From contig OZ250165.1 of assembly GCA_965238005.1 (NCBI GenBank), positions 3,712,001-3,776,000 of the forward strand: a stretch of DNA of 64,000 nt, written 5' to 3'. Numbering within the stretch: the first letter of the stretch is position 1; every line of letters starts with the position of its first letter. The notes under the pieces were generated by a model. That model was not told the DNA's origin and did no database searches. It saw nothing but the letters and a program-made list of their open reading frames with translations. Positions 22,976-34,551 of this stretch are shown piece after piece. The stretch comes from Longimicrobiales bacterium (GTDB lineage: Bacteria > Gemmatimonadota > Gemmatimonadetes > Longimicrobiales > Gaopeijiaceae). Made by a program: the position numbers and the translations under genes.

Positions 22976-23829
22976 GAGCGTCGCGGGATGGACGTGGGCG
23001 CACGGGCGACGAAGCGGTCCTGGTCCTCCTCGAACCAGTGCGGGGTCACCACGATCTCGTGGGCACCGATCTTTAGCACGTTCAAGCTGTTTCTCCCCCT
23101 CTCGGCCATGCGGCCGCGGTTCGACGTGGCCGTGCCGCTGTGGACGATGGCCACCTCTCTGTGAGCCCCGCAGGTGGTGGCCGAGTCCGGACCCGACACG
23201 GCTCCGCCGACCGAGCCCCCGCCCGACGATCTCACTACGTAGCTTCTGTGGACGTGCCCGCTCAGGATCAGCTCGACCCCCATCTCCCGGAAACTGTCGA
23301 GCAGCATGCCACTTCCCGGGAGGATGTTGTCCGATCCACCATCCCGCGGGCGGGCGAGCGGATGGTGCGTCACCAGGATGCGAACGTCCTCCCGGGCACA
23401 CTCCTGAAAGATACGTGCCGCGAACTCGAGTTGCCTGCCCCTGAGCCGTCCATTGACGATGGCCCGGTGCGGCTCGGCCGAGCACAAAGCCACGAAAACC
23501 GCTCCCTCCACGCGGGTCACGCTGTCCAGATCGGACGAGATGTACGTGCGGTAATTGCGCAGCGGATTGATAAGCCGCTCATGCACCCGGTAGAGGGGAA
23601 CGTCGTGATTCCCCGGCGTGACGATGACCGGAACGTCCGGCAGTGTATCCAGGCACTCGCGGGCCTGCTTGTACTCCCGGACTTTGGCCCGTTGCGTGAA
23701 GTCACCGGCGAGGACGATGACGTCGGGCTCGGCCCGGCGCACCGCCTCGTGGAAGGCGGCGGCGACACGCGCTAGATGCGGTTTCCCGAAGTGGAGGTCC
23801 GACCCCTGAAGGATCGTGAGCATCCTCAC
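22972..23829 (-). CDS. Calcineurin-like metallophosphoesterase
   Basis: SDLHFG, AGDFT, PGNHD, THHP, SGHVH motifs. Confidence 0.92.
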   Translation of the reverse strand: MRMLTILQGSDLHFGKPHLARVAAAFHEAVRRAEPDVIVLAGDFTQRAKVREYKQARECLDTLPDVPVIVTPGNHDVPLYRVHERLINPLRNYRTYISSDLDSVTRVEGAVFVALCSAEPHRAIVNGRLRGRQLEFAARIFQECAREDVRILVTHHPLARPRDGGSDNILPGSGMLLDSFREMGVELILSGHVHRSYVVRSSGGGSVGGAVSGPDSATTCGAHREVAIVHSGTATSNRGRMAERGRNSLNVLKIGAHEIVVTPHWFEEDQDRFVARAPTSIPRRS

Positions 23830-23847
23830 CTCAGCTCCGCGGGCCCG

Positions 23848-24705
23848 TCAGGCCGGGGCCTCCGCCGGCTTCCTTCCCGCAGCCACAGTGCGATTCACTC
23901 CCCACACGCTGAGGATGATGAGCGACATTGCGATGAGCTGCGCGAGGGTGAACGGTCCCAGGAAGCGATCATCCTTGACCCGCACGAACTCCACGAGGAA
24001 CCGCTCGAAGCTGAGCATGGCCAGGCAGATCCACCAGAGCCACCCCGCCCCGTGCTCGTGGATGCGTAGTCGCCAGAGGACCACGAAGATCAGGCTGGCC
24101 AGGACGATCTCGTAGAGCTGGGTGGGGTGGACCGGAACCACCTGCCCGAACTGCTCGACGAGGGTGGGATCGACCTGGATTCCGAACTGGCTCTCGAGCA
24201 CGTCGACACGGGTGGGCGGTGTCCCCTGTGGGAAGCGAATGCCGACCCACGATCCCGTGGGACGCCCGTAGTCGTCCCCCACCAGGAAGCAGCCCATGCG
24301 GCCCACGGCATATCCGATGGCCAGGGTAGGGGCACCGACGTCGGCCGTCCTGGCGAGCGGCAGCTTCCTCCTCTTGATCTCCCAGACGATGAGCGCCACA
24401 GCGCCTCCGAAGCCGCCGTACCACACCATCCCTCCCCGGGAAAAGATCGCCCGCACGGGATCCTCGAAGAGCCGGGGGTAGTTCAGGAGCACGTAATAGA
24501 GCTTCGCCCCCACTATGCCCCCCAGGACCGCCATGAAGAGCAGGTCCCACGCCCTCTCGGGATCCATCCCCGCCCGATCCATCTCCGGCCGCAGCAGCAC
24601 CCCGGCGGTGAGGAACGAAAGGAACATGAACACCCCGAAGGACGTGATGGGCTCACCGCCCATGAAGGGCAACCACTCGGGAAGACGGAAGAAGATGGGG
24701 TACAC
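23848..24705 (-). CDS. lgt: Prolipoprotein diacylglyceryl transferase
   Basis: GGMVWYGG, GRMGCFLVGDDYG, HPTQLYE, RFLVEFVR. Confidence 0.95.
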   Translation of the reverse strand: MYPIFFRLPEWLPFMGGEPITSFGVFMFLSFLTAGVLLRPEMDRAGMDPERAWDLLFMAVLGGIVGAKLYYVLLNYPRLFEDPVRAIFSRGGMVWYGGFGGAVALIVWEIKRRKLPLARTADVGAPTLAIGYAVGRMGCFLVGDDYGRPTGSWVGIRFPQGTPPTRVDVLESQFGIQVDPTLVEQFGQVVPVHPTQLYEIVLASLIFVVLWRLRIHEHGAGWLWWICLAMLSFERFLVEFVRVKDDRFLGPFTLAQLIAMSLIILSVWGVNRTVAAGRKPAEAPA

Positions 24706-24718
24706 GCTCAGTGTCCTC

Positions 24719-25771
24719 TCATGCCGAGGCCCTCACCAGCCCCGGAAACGGGAGGTTCGGATCCGCGGACGCGTTCAGGGCCGCGATGTCTCCGCGCTCC
24801 AATCGATAGGCACCAGCCCGGGCTACCATGGCTCCGTTGTCCAGCGAGAGCCGAGGCGACGCGTGGAACAGGGCTCCCTCGGTACCAAACCGTCGGCCCA
24901 GCTCCTCTCGCAACCGTGCGTTGGCCGAGACCCCACCCCCCAGGAGCACTCGCGAGCAGCCGGTCTCCTCCACGGCCCGGAGCGTCTTGCTCGTCAGAAC
25001 CTCCACCACTGCCGCCTGGAAGGACGCCGCCACGTGCTTCCGCTCGTCGTCCAGTGTGCCGAGGCTGTCGAGCTCCGAAACGAGGGTCGCCACGGCTGTC
25101 TTGAGCCCGCTGAAGGAGAAGTCGTAGAAGTCGGCATCGCCGGGTCGCTGGTTCGAGCGCAACATGGGCCGCGGCAACCGGTGGCGGGTCTCGTCTCCTT
25201 CAGAGCCGAGGGCCTGGATGGCAGGGCCCCCCGGATAGGGAAGCCCGAGCAGCTTGGCCACCTTGTCGAATGCCTCGCCCGCCGCGTCGTCCCGCGTCTC
25301 CCCCAGGAGGTAGTACTCACCCCAGGCCGGCGCGTGGAGCAGGATGGTGTGACCACCCGAGACCAGAAGCGCCACGAAGGGCGGCTCCGCGTCGGGGTCC
25401 TCCAGCGAGGGGGCGAAGAGGTGGGCCTCCATGTGGTGGACGGCAGCCAGGGGCTTGCCGAGCCCGAAGGCCAGAGCCTTCGCCCAGGAGACGCCCACCA
25501 GAAGCGCCCCGATGAGGCCCGGTCCTGCCGTGACGGCCACCGCGTCCAGGTCCTCGAAGCCGCACCCCGCTTCCCTGAGAGTCTCCCCCACCACGTCGTC
25601 GATCCGCTGGAGGTGGACCCGGGCGGCTATCTCGGGGACGACGCCCCCATACAGGGCGTGCTCGTCCTGGGAGAGGATCACGTGGCCACGGAGGGTGGTG
25701 GGCGCCTCGAGGAGGGCCGCCGCCGTCTCGTCACAGCTCGTCTCGAGGCCCAGGATGAGCCGTCCGCTCAT
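24719..25771 (-). CDS. tsaD: tRNA threonylcarbamoyltransferase TsaD
   Basis: LGLETSCDETAAA, GGVVPEIAAR, HHMEAH, TRDDAAGEAFDK, DNGAM. Start ATG 25771 overlaps the upstream TGA. Confidence 0.96.
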   Translation of the reverse strand: MSGRLILGLETSCDETAAALLEAPTTLRGHVILSQDEHALYGGVVPEIAARVHLQRIDDVVGETLREAGCGFEDLDAVAVTAGPGLIGALLVGVSWAKALAFGLGKPLAAVHHMEAHLFAPSLEDPDAEPPFVALLVSGGHTILLHAPAWGEYYLLGETRDDAAGEAFDKVAKLLGLPYPGGPAIQALGSEGDETRHRLPRPMLRSNQRPGDADFYDFSFSGLKTAVATLVSELDSLGTLDDERKHVAASFQAAVVEVLTSKTLRAVEETGCSRVLLGGGVSANARLREELGRRFGTEGALFHASPRLSLDNGAMVARAGAYRLERGDIAALNASADPNLPFPGLVRASA

Positions 25772-26739
25772 GGCTCCATCTGCCGGCGGACCACTACGGT
25801 GTCCACGGCCGACGAGACGGACATATACGAGGGGAGGCCCTCCACGACGATGGGCACCCTCCGCTCCTCGGCCTCGCCCAAGCCCAGCAGCTCGGAAGAC
25901 GGCACGACGACCCGCAGGCGACGTGGGTCCAGATTCGTGACCTGCGTCCGCGCGCCCCGGAGTGTGAGCCGTACCGTGGCGGGGAGGATTTCCACCGTAC
26001 CGCCCGCCTCCTCGAACTCGGCCCCGATGTCGGCCAAAACAGGAACGGACGTCAGCACCCGGTCGATGGACTCCTCGACGGGGATCCTCAGGGTGATCGC
26101 CACAGGGATCACCGTCAAGCGGGCCAGCCCCGTGGTGTCGACGGTAGTCTGAACGGCACCCCGCTCGTCCACCTGACCCAGATCCACGGGAACGATGTCC
26201 AGCGAATCCAGCTGCCGCACCAGACTTGCGGGCCCGCTGACCCGTACCGCGCTCGGCGTGACGGACAAGGACCGGGTCAAGGCCAGATACTCGGGAAGGC
26301 TGCCTCGGGTGGTGATGCGAACCGGAACCGAAGCCGTCTCCACGTGATCGAGGTGTAGGTGCACCGTGCTCGGGAGTATCTCCTCCACCGTGACACCTGG
26401 GTAGCGGTCTACGGGAATCCACCCGTTCTGAAGAGCGATGACCATCTCCTCGCCGGCGACCTCGGTGACGGGCACGGTGATGGAGACGCCGTCGAGAGCC
26501 GTGAGGCGAAAGACCTCCGTCGGCGGACCGCTGAATCGCACGTTGACGCTTGGGGGCACCGGATCGTCCATGAGGATCCAATCGGGATCGTTCAGGCTGA
26601 CGTTGACCGGGATGGAGACGGCCCGCTGGTCGGGCGCTCCCACGCGAACCAGAGCCCAAAGGAAGAGAGCCATGGCGAAAGCCGCCACCTTGAGCCGCCA
26701 GTTGCTGGCGAGCGATCTGTCGAAGGTACGGGATCTCAC
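25768..26739 (-). CDS. YbbR/CdaR-like domain protein
   Basis: N-terminal NWRLKVAAFAMALFLW TM segment and repeated P..V.V.G YbbR-type units. Confidence 0.8.
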   Translation of the reverse strand: MRSRTFDRSLASNWRLKVAAFAMALFLWALVRVGAPDQRAVSIPVNVSLNDPDWILMDDPVPPSVNVRFSGPPTEVFRLTALDGVSITVPVTEVAGEEMVIALQNGWIPVDRYPGVTVEEILPSTVHLHLDHVETASVPVRITTRGSLPEYLALTRSLSVTPSAVRVSGPASLVRQLDSLDIVPVDLGQVDERGAVQTTVDTTGLARLTVIPVAITLRIPVEESIDRVLTSVPVLADIGAEFEEAGGTVEILPATVRLTLRGARTQVTNLDPRRLRVVVPSSELLGLGEAEERRVPIVVEGLPSYMSVSSAVDTVVVRRQMEP

Positions 26740-26771
26740 GACCTAGCCGATCGTCGGAGTTGGGCGGGGAG

Positions 26772-27353
26772 TCACTCCGTTGCCGCCAAGAGCCGCCGGA
26801 TCAGCTCCTGATGATCGGGCGCATCCCATTCGGTCCCACCAGCCACTTTCTTGTAGATGATCCCGTCCCTGCCGACCAGGAAGGTTTCGGGCACTCCGGT
26901 GGTCTGATACACCTTCTGGATGCCACCAGAGGGATCGTGGAGCAAGGGGAACGTCAGACCCAAAGAATCGGCGAACGCCTGGATGTCGCCCCCGGGGCGT
27001 CCGAACAGATCGAAGGTCCCGGCCTCGGCGTCGATGCTCACGGCCAGGATCTCCAGGCCCTCGTCGGCGAACTCCTTGTAGAGGCGCTCCATGGAGGGCA
27101 TCTCGTACCGGCATGGACCGCACCAGGTCGCCCAGATGCTCACCATGACGACGTGGCCTCGATGGTCGCTCAGGCGGACGATATCGCCGTCCAGATCGGC
27201 CACCGCGAACTCGGGTGCAGGGGTGCCGGGGATCACGGGTTGGAGCCGATCCCGATTGACCCACGCCACGAGCACCACGAGAGCCAGGCCCAAAAGGGCG
27301 AAAGCGTAAGGGAGGCGGGAGTATCTCGGCTTTCGAGTGTCGTCCGAGGTCAT
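26772..27353 (-). CDS. TlpA/ResA-family thiol-disulfide oxidoreductase
   Basis: WATWCGPC, GVPETF, N-terminal TM segment. Confidence 0.92.
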   Translation of the reverse strand: MTSDDTRKPRYSRLPYAFALLGLALVVLVAWVNRDRLQPVIPGTPAPEFAVADLDGDIVRLSDHRGHVVMVSIWATWCGPCRYEMPSMERLYKEFADEGLEILAVSIDAEAGTFDLFGRPGGDIQAFADSLGLTFPLLHDPSGGIQKVYQTTGVPETFLVGRDGIIYKKVAGGTEWDAPDHQELIRRLLAATE

Positions 27354-27400
27354 GTCATCACTGGCCTGAGGTCCGTCATCTGCTACGGAAGTGAATCTAA

Positions 27401-28240
27401 TTAGTTCCTACGGTTCCTGCGCGTGTTGGAGCGCCGCCCGATGACCAGACGAACGGGGCTTCCCGGGGGCAGCAGGCTGTCCGCCTGGGGGTCCTGCTCG
27501 ACGACCCGCCCCCGGTCGCGGCCGAAGCGGAATCGGGTGAGTATCTCCGACACCACGAACCCCAGCGAGTCCAGCATCGCTTCGGCCATGGCCTGCTCGA
27601 TTCCCAGGAGCAGAGGCATGGCCACCAGGCGTGGCCCGGTGCTCACCGCGATCCTGACCTCCATGGGCAGATCCACTTCCGTGCCCGGCTCGGGGAGCAC
27701 TTCCACGACCCGGCCGGCCGGCAGATCGGCCTCCAGGCTGTCCACCGCCACCGTGAACCCACTCGCTTCCAGCACGTTGCGGGCCCAACCCTCCCTGAAA
27801 CGGACGACGTCGGGCACCGGTCGTCGCACGGGGCCGAGGCTCAGCGTCAGGTTGACGGTGTCTCCGGCCACCGAGAGCTGACCGGCCAGAGGGCTCTGGC
27901 CAAGAACTTGGCCTCTGACCGCCGTGGGGTGGCTGAACGAGTCCACCACCGCCATGTGTAGCCCCGCGGCCTGAACCGCCTGGAGGGCGGCCGAGCGATC
28001 GACGCCGCGCACGTCGGGGATCTCGAAGAGGTCCCGGGGGCGCGGGGGGACCGGGAAGAGGACCCGCGTGGCCAGGACGTAGCCGAGCCCGAACCCCACG
28101 AACAGCGTAGAGGCCACCACGCCCCACGTGCCGCGCGAGGGTCTGTAGCTCCGCAGGTTGTGCCACCACGTCTCGAGGGCCGCCCGAAGGCGTCTTCGGC
28201 CACCGTGGCGCCTTCGTCGAATCGAGCTGCCTAGTCTCAT
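27401..28240 (-). CDS. PASTA-domain membrane protein
   Basis: One TM segment plus three PASTA repeats (IPDVRG, VPDVV, MPLLLG). Start uncertain (28240-28309). Confidence 0.85.
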   Translation of the reverse strand: MRLGSSIRRRRHGGRRRLRAALETWWHNLRSYRPSRGTWGVVASTLFVGFGLGYVLATRVLFPVPPRPRDLFEIPDVRGVDRSAALQAVQAAGLHMAVVDSFSHPTAVRGQVLGQSPLAGQLSVAGDTVNLTLSLGPVRRPVPDVVRFREGWARNVLEASGFTVAVDSLEADLPAGRVVEVLPEPGTEVDLPMEVRIAVSTGPRLVAMPLLLGIEQAMAEAMLDSLGFVVSEILTRFRFGRDRGRVVEQDPQADSLLPPGSPVRLVIGRRSNTRRNRRN

Positions 28241-28330
28241 CCCTGCCGCTCTAGCCTCATCGCTTCCGTTCTTGCCTGTCTTCCCTGAGTCTGCCATCAG
28301 GCTGCCCATCCTCGGCGCGTCGGCTCGCCG

Positions 28331-29674
28331 CTACGCTCTTCTCAGTCGGGCCGCGAACGCGCCGTCGAACGCGGATTCCTGGGGCAGCACGTAAAGCTGT
28401 CCCCGCTCGTCCAGATACGCCTCGTTCACGCCCGAGCTCGGCTCCAGTTCGAACTCCGGATGCCGCTCCAGAAACGCGGAAATCCGATCTTCGTTCTCCT
28501 CCGGCTCCAGGCTGCACGTTGAGTACACCAGACGGCCCCCGCTCGGTACTACGCTCGTGCACGCCTCCAGGATGCGCTCCTGAAGTGCCACCAGCTCGTT
28601 CAGCCGCTCGGGAGTGAGCTTCCAGCGTGCGTCCGGATTCCTTCGGAGCGCGCCGGTCCCCGTACACGGCACGTCTAGCAGAGCCATGTCGGCACCCTCC
28701 ACTATGGGGGCAAGGGCGTCCGCCTGCATCACGGACACACTGAAGCCCGGACTCTCCCAAAGCCCGTCGGTGAGCCTTTCCGCATTCTCCCGTACCAACC
28801 GCAGGCGCTCCAGGGACCGGTCCGCCGCCAGCACCACGTTCCCCCGGGCGGCCAGGGCCATGGCCTTCCCGCCGGGCGCCGCGCACAGGTCGGCCACCCG
28901 ATCTCCGGGCTCCGGATCCGCGTACGGCACCACCAGGGCGGCTGCCGGATCCTGCACTACCGACGGGACCTCTGCCATGGCCTCCACGGGGGAGGATTCC
29001 CCGAGGAGCACAACACATCCCGTGCCAGAACCCACCGGCTCGGCCTCGATGCCGGCACCTGCCAGGAGTTCCACGGCCTCCTCGGGAGTTTCCCGGAGAC
29101 ACCGGAGATAGATGGGGGGCACCACATTGTTCGCTTTGACGAGGCGCCCGACCTGTGCCGGGGACCACCGCCCGAGCCAGCGCTCCACGAGCCACCGGGG
29201 ATGGGATCCCCAGGTGGACAGAAACCCCACCGGATCGGCTTCCGCGTCCGGGAAGTGCTCTTCGCCCCCACCCTCGCCGGTGGCGGCGCGAAGGACGGCG
29301 TTCACGAAGCCCGCCACACCCTTGCCCACAGCCGAGCGGGCCAGGTCCACCGCCTGCGACACGGCCGCGTACTCCGGCACGCCGTCCATGTAGAGAATCT
29401 GATACAGACCCAGGCGGAGGGCGTCCCGCACAGCGGGATCCACGGAATCGAGGCCCCTCTGAACCTTCCGGTCCAGCAGATGGTCGAGACGGCCGCGAAG
29501 CCTCTGAACTCCGTACGCCAGCTCGCGGCACCAGCCGCGCTCCCGGGGGTCGAGGGCGCGGGACGAAGCGGCAAAGGCCCGGTCCAACCGTTGACCGCGC
29601 TCGACCGCGCCGAGGATCTCCAGGGCGGCCCGCCGGCCCGGCGTCACCTCTGCCCCGGATCTGGGGGACGTCAC
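28331..29674 (-). CDS. rsmB: 16S rRNA m5C967 methyltransferase
   Basis: NusB-like N-terminal domain, DLCAAPGGK, DVPCTGTG, YSTCS. Confidence 0.95.
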   Translation of the reverse strand: MTSPRSGAEVTPGRRAALEILGAVERGQRLDRAFAASSRALDPRERGWCRELAYGVQRLRGRLDHLLDRKVQRGLDSVDPAVRDALRLGLYQILYMDGVPEYAAVSQAVDLARSAVGKGVAGFVNAVLRAATGEGGGEEHFPDAEADPVGFLSTWGSHPRWLVERWLGRWSPAQVGRLVKANNVVPPIYLRCLRETPEEAVELLAGAGIEAEPVGSGTGCVVLLGESSPVEAMAEVPSVVQDPAAALVVPYADPEPGDRVADLCAAPGGKAMALAARGNVVLAADRSLERLRLVRENAERLTDGLWESPGFSVSVMQADALAPIVEGADMALLDVPCTGTGALRRNPDARWKLTPERLNELVALQERILEACTSVVPSGGRLVYSTCSLEPEENEDRISAFLERHPEFELEPSSGVNEAYLDERGQLYVLPQESAFDGAFAARLRRA

Positions 29675-29708
29675 GGCTCGGAAGCGGTCTGGGCGTCGGA
29701 GGGCGAGC

Positions 29709-30524
29709 TCAGTCCAGCATCCCCCGGGTGGGCGACGACGGAATGGCGATCTCCTTGGCCTCCATACGGCCCGCGAGATACGCCAGCCGGCCCGCCTGGA
29801 TGGCCAGCCTCATGGCGTGAGCCATGGAGACTGGATGGTCGGCCGTGGCGATGGCCGTGTTCATCAGGACCCCGTCCACTCCCTGCTCCATTGTGACGCA
29901 GGCGTCAGACGCGGTGCCCACGCCGGCGTCCACGATGATGGGAACGTCGCAGCGCCGCTTGATCTCACGGATGAAGTACGGGTTCACCACGCCCAGTCCA
30001 CTACCGATGGGACTGGCCAAGGGCATGACCGACACGCAGCCGGCGTCCTCGAGCCGGAGGGCTGTCACCACGTCGTCGTTGGTGTAGGCCATGACCTTGA
30101 AGCCTTCGTCCACCAGCGTCTTGGCGGCTTCCAGCGTGGCCTGCGTGTCAGGCAGCAGCGTCTCCTGGTCTCCGATCACCTCCAGCTTCAGCCACTCGTT
30201 GAAGCCCGCCGCCCGGGCCAGCCGGGCGTAGCGGATGGCGTCCTCGGCCGTGTAGCACCCGGCGGTGTTGGGGAGGAGGAAGAACTCGTCCGGATCCAGG
30301 TGGAAGAGGATGCCATCCTCCTGGGTGCGGTCCAGGTCGACGCGGCGAACCGCCACGGTGATCATGGCCGTCCCCGACGCCCGGATGGCCCTCACCATGG
30401 TGTCGTTGTCCGGGTATTTCCCCGTCCCGACAATCAAGCGCGAGTCGAACTCCTGATCCGCCATGCGCAGCGGATCGTCGATCGCCGCGGCCTCTGCCTG
30501 GGCCTCTATATCGGTCGGTATCAT
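29709..30524 (-). CDS. thiG: Thiazole synthase
   Basis: SRLIVGTGKY, LLPNTAGC, LKLEVIGD, PIGSGLG. Confidence 0.97.
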   Translation of the reverse strand: MIPTDIEAQAEAAAIDDPLRMADQEFDSRLIVGTGKYPDNDTMVRAIRASGTAMITVAVRRVDLDRTQEDGILFHLDPDEFFLLPNTAGCYTAEDAIRYARLARAAGFNEWLKLEVIGDQETLLPDTQATLEAAKTLVDEGFKVMAYTNDDVVTALRLEDAGCVSVMPLASPIGSGLGVVNPYFIREIKRRCDVPIIVDAGVGTASDACVTMEQGVDGVLMNTAIATADHPVSMAHAMRLAIQAGRLAYLAGRMEAKEIAIPSSPTRGMLD

Positions 30525-30533
30525 CTCGTTCCT

Positions 30534-30752
30534 CTAGCCTCCGCCCACGAAGTGGACCAGCTCCACCTGATCTCCCTCGGAGACCTGAATCTCGCCGAAA
30601 CAGTCCCGGCTGAGGATCTCCCTGTTCAGCTCTACGACGATGAGCTTGGGGTTGAGATCCAGGGACTCGACGAGCTCCTGAACGGAGAGGCCCGAATCGA
30701 TCTCCCGGCCCTTGCCGTTGAGGCGCACGTGGATGGTCTGCCCTTCACTCAT
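30534..30752 (-). CDS. thiS: Sulfur carrier protein ThiS
   Basis: Ubiquitin-like size, C-terminal VHFVGGG, adjacent to thiG. Confidence 0.95.
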   Translation of the reverse strand: MSEGQTIHVRLNGKGREIDSGLSVQELVESLDLNPKLIVVELNREILSRDCFGEIQVSEGDQVELVHFVGGG

Positions 30753-30818
30753 GGTCTGCTCGCTGGTCACGGTCGTTTTCGCCCCGGCGTCGTTTCTTGC
30801 TACCCCACCGGTTTCTTG

Positions 30819-31433
30819 CTACCCCAGGGCCTGAAGATAAGCCTGCACCGCGTCGCCTGAAGAGGGGGCATTCCAGATTCCCCTGATGACGGCCGCACCA
30901 TGCCCCCCAGCCTCAAGGATCGGCGGCACCCGCTCGGGCGTTACTCCCCCGATCCCGACGAGCGGCACGGAGACGGCCGCTCCCACGTCACGGATCAGCT
31001 GCGGCCCCGCCGGCGTTTCGTCGGGGTGGGACGGAGTCGCCCAAAGGACTCCCACGAAGAGGAAGTCCACACCACCCCGAGCGGCCTCCGCCGCCTCCTC
31101 CACACTGTGCACCGAGGCCCCCACCAGGCGATTCGGTCCCAGCAGCTCCCGCGCCTCATCGGGTGGCAGGGAGCGGCGGCCCAGGTGGGCACCGTCCAGC
31201 ACCAGACAGAGGGCCACGTCCACCCGGTCGTTCACGAGGAGCGTGGCGCCGGAGGAGGCGGCCGGATCCCGTAGCGCCCCTGCCAGCTCCACGAGGCGTC
31301 GCCCCGTGGCGTGGGGTCCCCGGAGATGGAAGGCGATGGGACCGCCGGCCTCCAGGACCTCCAGAGCCCGGGCTTGAAAGTCATCCCGGGCCAGCACCCC
31401 GTCGTCCGTGACGACGTGAAGGCGGGGGATCAC
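30819..31433 (-). CDS. thiE: Thiamine-phosphate synthase (ThiE/TenI family)
   Basis: LLVNDRVD, GAHLG, GASVHS, TPSHP, VGIGG. Confidence 0.85.
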   Translation of the reverse strand: MIPRLHVVTDDGVLARDDFQARALEVLEAGGPIAFHLRGPHATGRRLVELAGALRDPAASSGATLLVNDRVDVALCLVLDGAHLGRRSLPPDEARELLGPNRLVGASVHSVEEAAEAARGGVDFLFVGVLWATPSHPDETPAGPQLIRDVGAAVSVPLVGIGGVTPERVPPILEAGGHGAAVIRGIWNAPSSGDAVQAYLQALG

Positions 31434-32365
31434 TCGAATCGCTGGCCGGCGCTCGCTCCCCGGCCCAGCACCCAGTCGCCGGCTTTCATCCGGCTCTTCC
31501 CCGCCGGCTGGACCTCGCCGATCCGGACGGCGCCGTCCCCGGCCGCCACCAGCAAGCCCGTAGTCCGGTCTGCGTCCACGATGGTCCCCGGCGACTCCTC
31601 GGGGGTGACAACCGGCTCGGCCTCGGGCTTGAACAGCTTCACCGGGCTGCCCTCCAGCTCGGACCAGGCTCCCGGCACGGCGTCCATCCCCCGGATCAAA
31701 TTGGCCACGTCCGAGCTCGATGCGGTCCAGTCGATGTGAGCCGTCTCCCGGTCCACCTTGGGCGCGTGCGTAGCCGCCGACTCCTCCTGCTCCACCTCCT
31801 CGACGACGCCGGCCTCCAGGAGGGCCAGCGCCTCCACCAGGGCTGCGGCGCCGATCTCAGAGAGGCGCGTCGTGAGCTCCGAGGCGGTCTCCCTGGCGTC
31901 GATAGGCTCCTCGGTCTGAAAGAGGATGGGGCCGGCGTCCATCTTCTCCACCATGCGCATGACGGTCACGCCCGTGACGGTGCCGCCGCGCACGATGGAC
32001 CAGTTGATAGGCGCGGCGCCGCGGAGGGCCGGAAGCAGCGAGGCGTGAAGGTTCAGGGAGCCCATGGGGGGCACGTCCAGGACCTCGCGCTCGAGGATCT
32101 GTCCGTACGCCACCACCACCGAGAGATCCGCCCCCAAGCCGGATATCTCTTCCAGAAAGGCCTCCCCCTTGGGCGATTCGGGCTCCAGGACGGTGAGGCC
32201 CTCCTCCAGGGCGGCCTCCTTCACCGCCGAGGCCTTGAGCTGCCTACCGCGACCCGCCGGCCGGTCGGGCTGGGTGACGACCCCCACGATGTCGTGTCCC
32301 TCATCGCTCAAGGCGAGGAGCGAGGGGACAGCGAAGGCCGGCGTCCCCCAAAAGAGGATCTTCAC
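31430..32365 (-). CDS. fmt: Methionyl-tRNA formyltransferase
   Basis: GTPAFA, VTQPDRPAGRG, NLHASLLPALRGAAPI, MDAG. Confidence 0.97.
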   Translation of the reverse strand: MKILFWGTPAFAVPSLLALSDEGHDIVGVVTQPDRPAGRGRQLKASAVKEAALEEGLTVLEPESPKGEAFLEEISGLGADLSVVVAYGQILEREVLDVPPMGSLNLHASLLPALRGAAPINWSIVRGGTVTGVTVMRMVEKMDAGPILFQTEEPIDARETASELTTRLSEIGAAALVEALALLEAGVVEEVEQEESAATHAPKVDRETAHIDWTASSSDVANLIRGMDAVPGAWSELEGSPVKLFKPEAEPVVTPEESPGTIVDADRTTGLLVAAGDGAVRIGEVQPAGKSRMKAGDWVLGRGASAGQRFE

Positions 32366-32388
32366 AGGCCGCTAGTCCTCACAGGCCT

Positions 32389-32901
32389 CTATTCCTCCTC
32401 CTGGATCTTGTTCCACTTCTTTAGGAGCATCTTGCGCTTGAGCGGGCTCACGCGATCGATGAAGAGGATCCCGTCCAGGTGATCGATCTCGTGCTGGAGA
32501 GCCCGTCCCAGGAGCCCCTCTGCCTGGAACTCCACGGGCTCGCCGTGGGGATCGAAGCCCTTCACCGTCACCTGCGCGGGACGGCTAACGACCTCCTCGA
32601 GACCCGGGATGCTCAAGCAGCCCTCGGGGGCCTTCTCCGCCTTCTTGCTGGCCTCCGAGACGACGGGGTTCACCAGGGCCAGCGGGCCCGACTCGGGGGC
32701 GTCCTCGTCTCGGACGTCGAGGACACACAGGCGCAGGGACACCCCGATCTGGGGAGCGGCCAGGCCGATGCCTTCGGCGTGGTACATCGTGTCGAACATG
32801 TCCTTCACAAACGCACGGAGGTCGTCGTCGAAGTCGGCGACCTCTTCGCCGGGAGTGCGGAGCACCTCCTCGCCCAGAAGGACGATGTCCCGAATGGCCA
32901 C
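32389..32901 (-). CDS. def: Peptide deformylase
   Basis: GIGLAAPQIG, EGCLS, QHEIDHLDG. Confidence 0.98.
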   Translation of the reverse strand: MAIRDIVLLGEEVLRTPGEEVADFDDDLRAFVKDMFDTMYHAEGIGLAAPQIGVSLRLCVLDVRDEDAPESGPLALVNPVVSEASKKAEKAPEGCLSIPGLEEVVSRPAQVTVKGFDPHGEPVEFQAEGLLGRALQHEIDHLDGILFIDRVSPLKRKMLLKKWNKIQEEE

Positions 32902-32902
32902 C

Positions 32903-33217
32903 CTAAGACTCCGCGGTGACTTTCCTGGCGATCCGGCTCCGCTCGATGGTGATCTTGGTCTCGCCGCCCGTCTTGATGATCAGGCGATCCTCCTCCGCCC
33001 GGATCACCGTGCCGATGATCCCACCCGTCGTCACCACCTCGTCGCCCTTCGCGATGGCGGTGATCATCTGCTTGTGGTGCTCCCGCTCCTTGCGCTGCGG
33101 GCGGATGAGGAGGAAGTAGAAGATGAGAATCACCGCCGTCATGTTCAGGAAGAACACGAACGTGCCGTCCGCCCCTTGCCGGGGAGCCATCAACACTGCC
33201 AACGCGGCCTCAGACAA
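32903..33217 (-). CDS. yajC: Preprotein translocase subunit YajC
   Basis: FYFLLIRPQRK, KGDEVVTTGGIIG. Confidence 0.95.
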   Translation of the reverse strand: MSEAALAVLMAPRQGADGTFVFFLNMTAVILIFYFLLIRPQRKEREHHKQMITAIAKGDEVVTTGGIIGTVIRAEEDRLIIKTGGETKITIERSRIARKVTAES

Positions 33218-33284
33218 AACCGGTCTCCGCTAGAATCTCATAGATGTGTGGCGGCGCTCCCAAGGAGCGTCATCCGCGACTGCT

Positions 33285-34460
<1,176 letters not shown>

Positions 34461-34551
34461 CTAGAGCAAATAGTCTCGGGCGTGGGCACGGGCCCGTCCA
34501 CCCCATGGCTCCAACTTGGTGAGGTGCTCCGTGGTCCGGTTCCGTACGCTC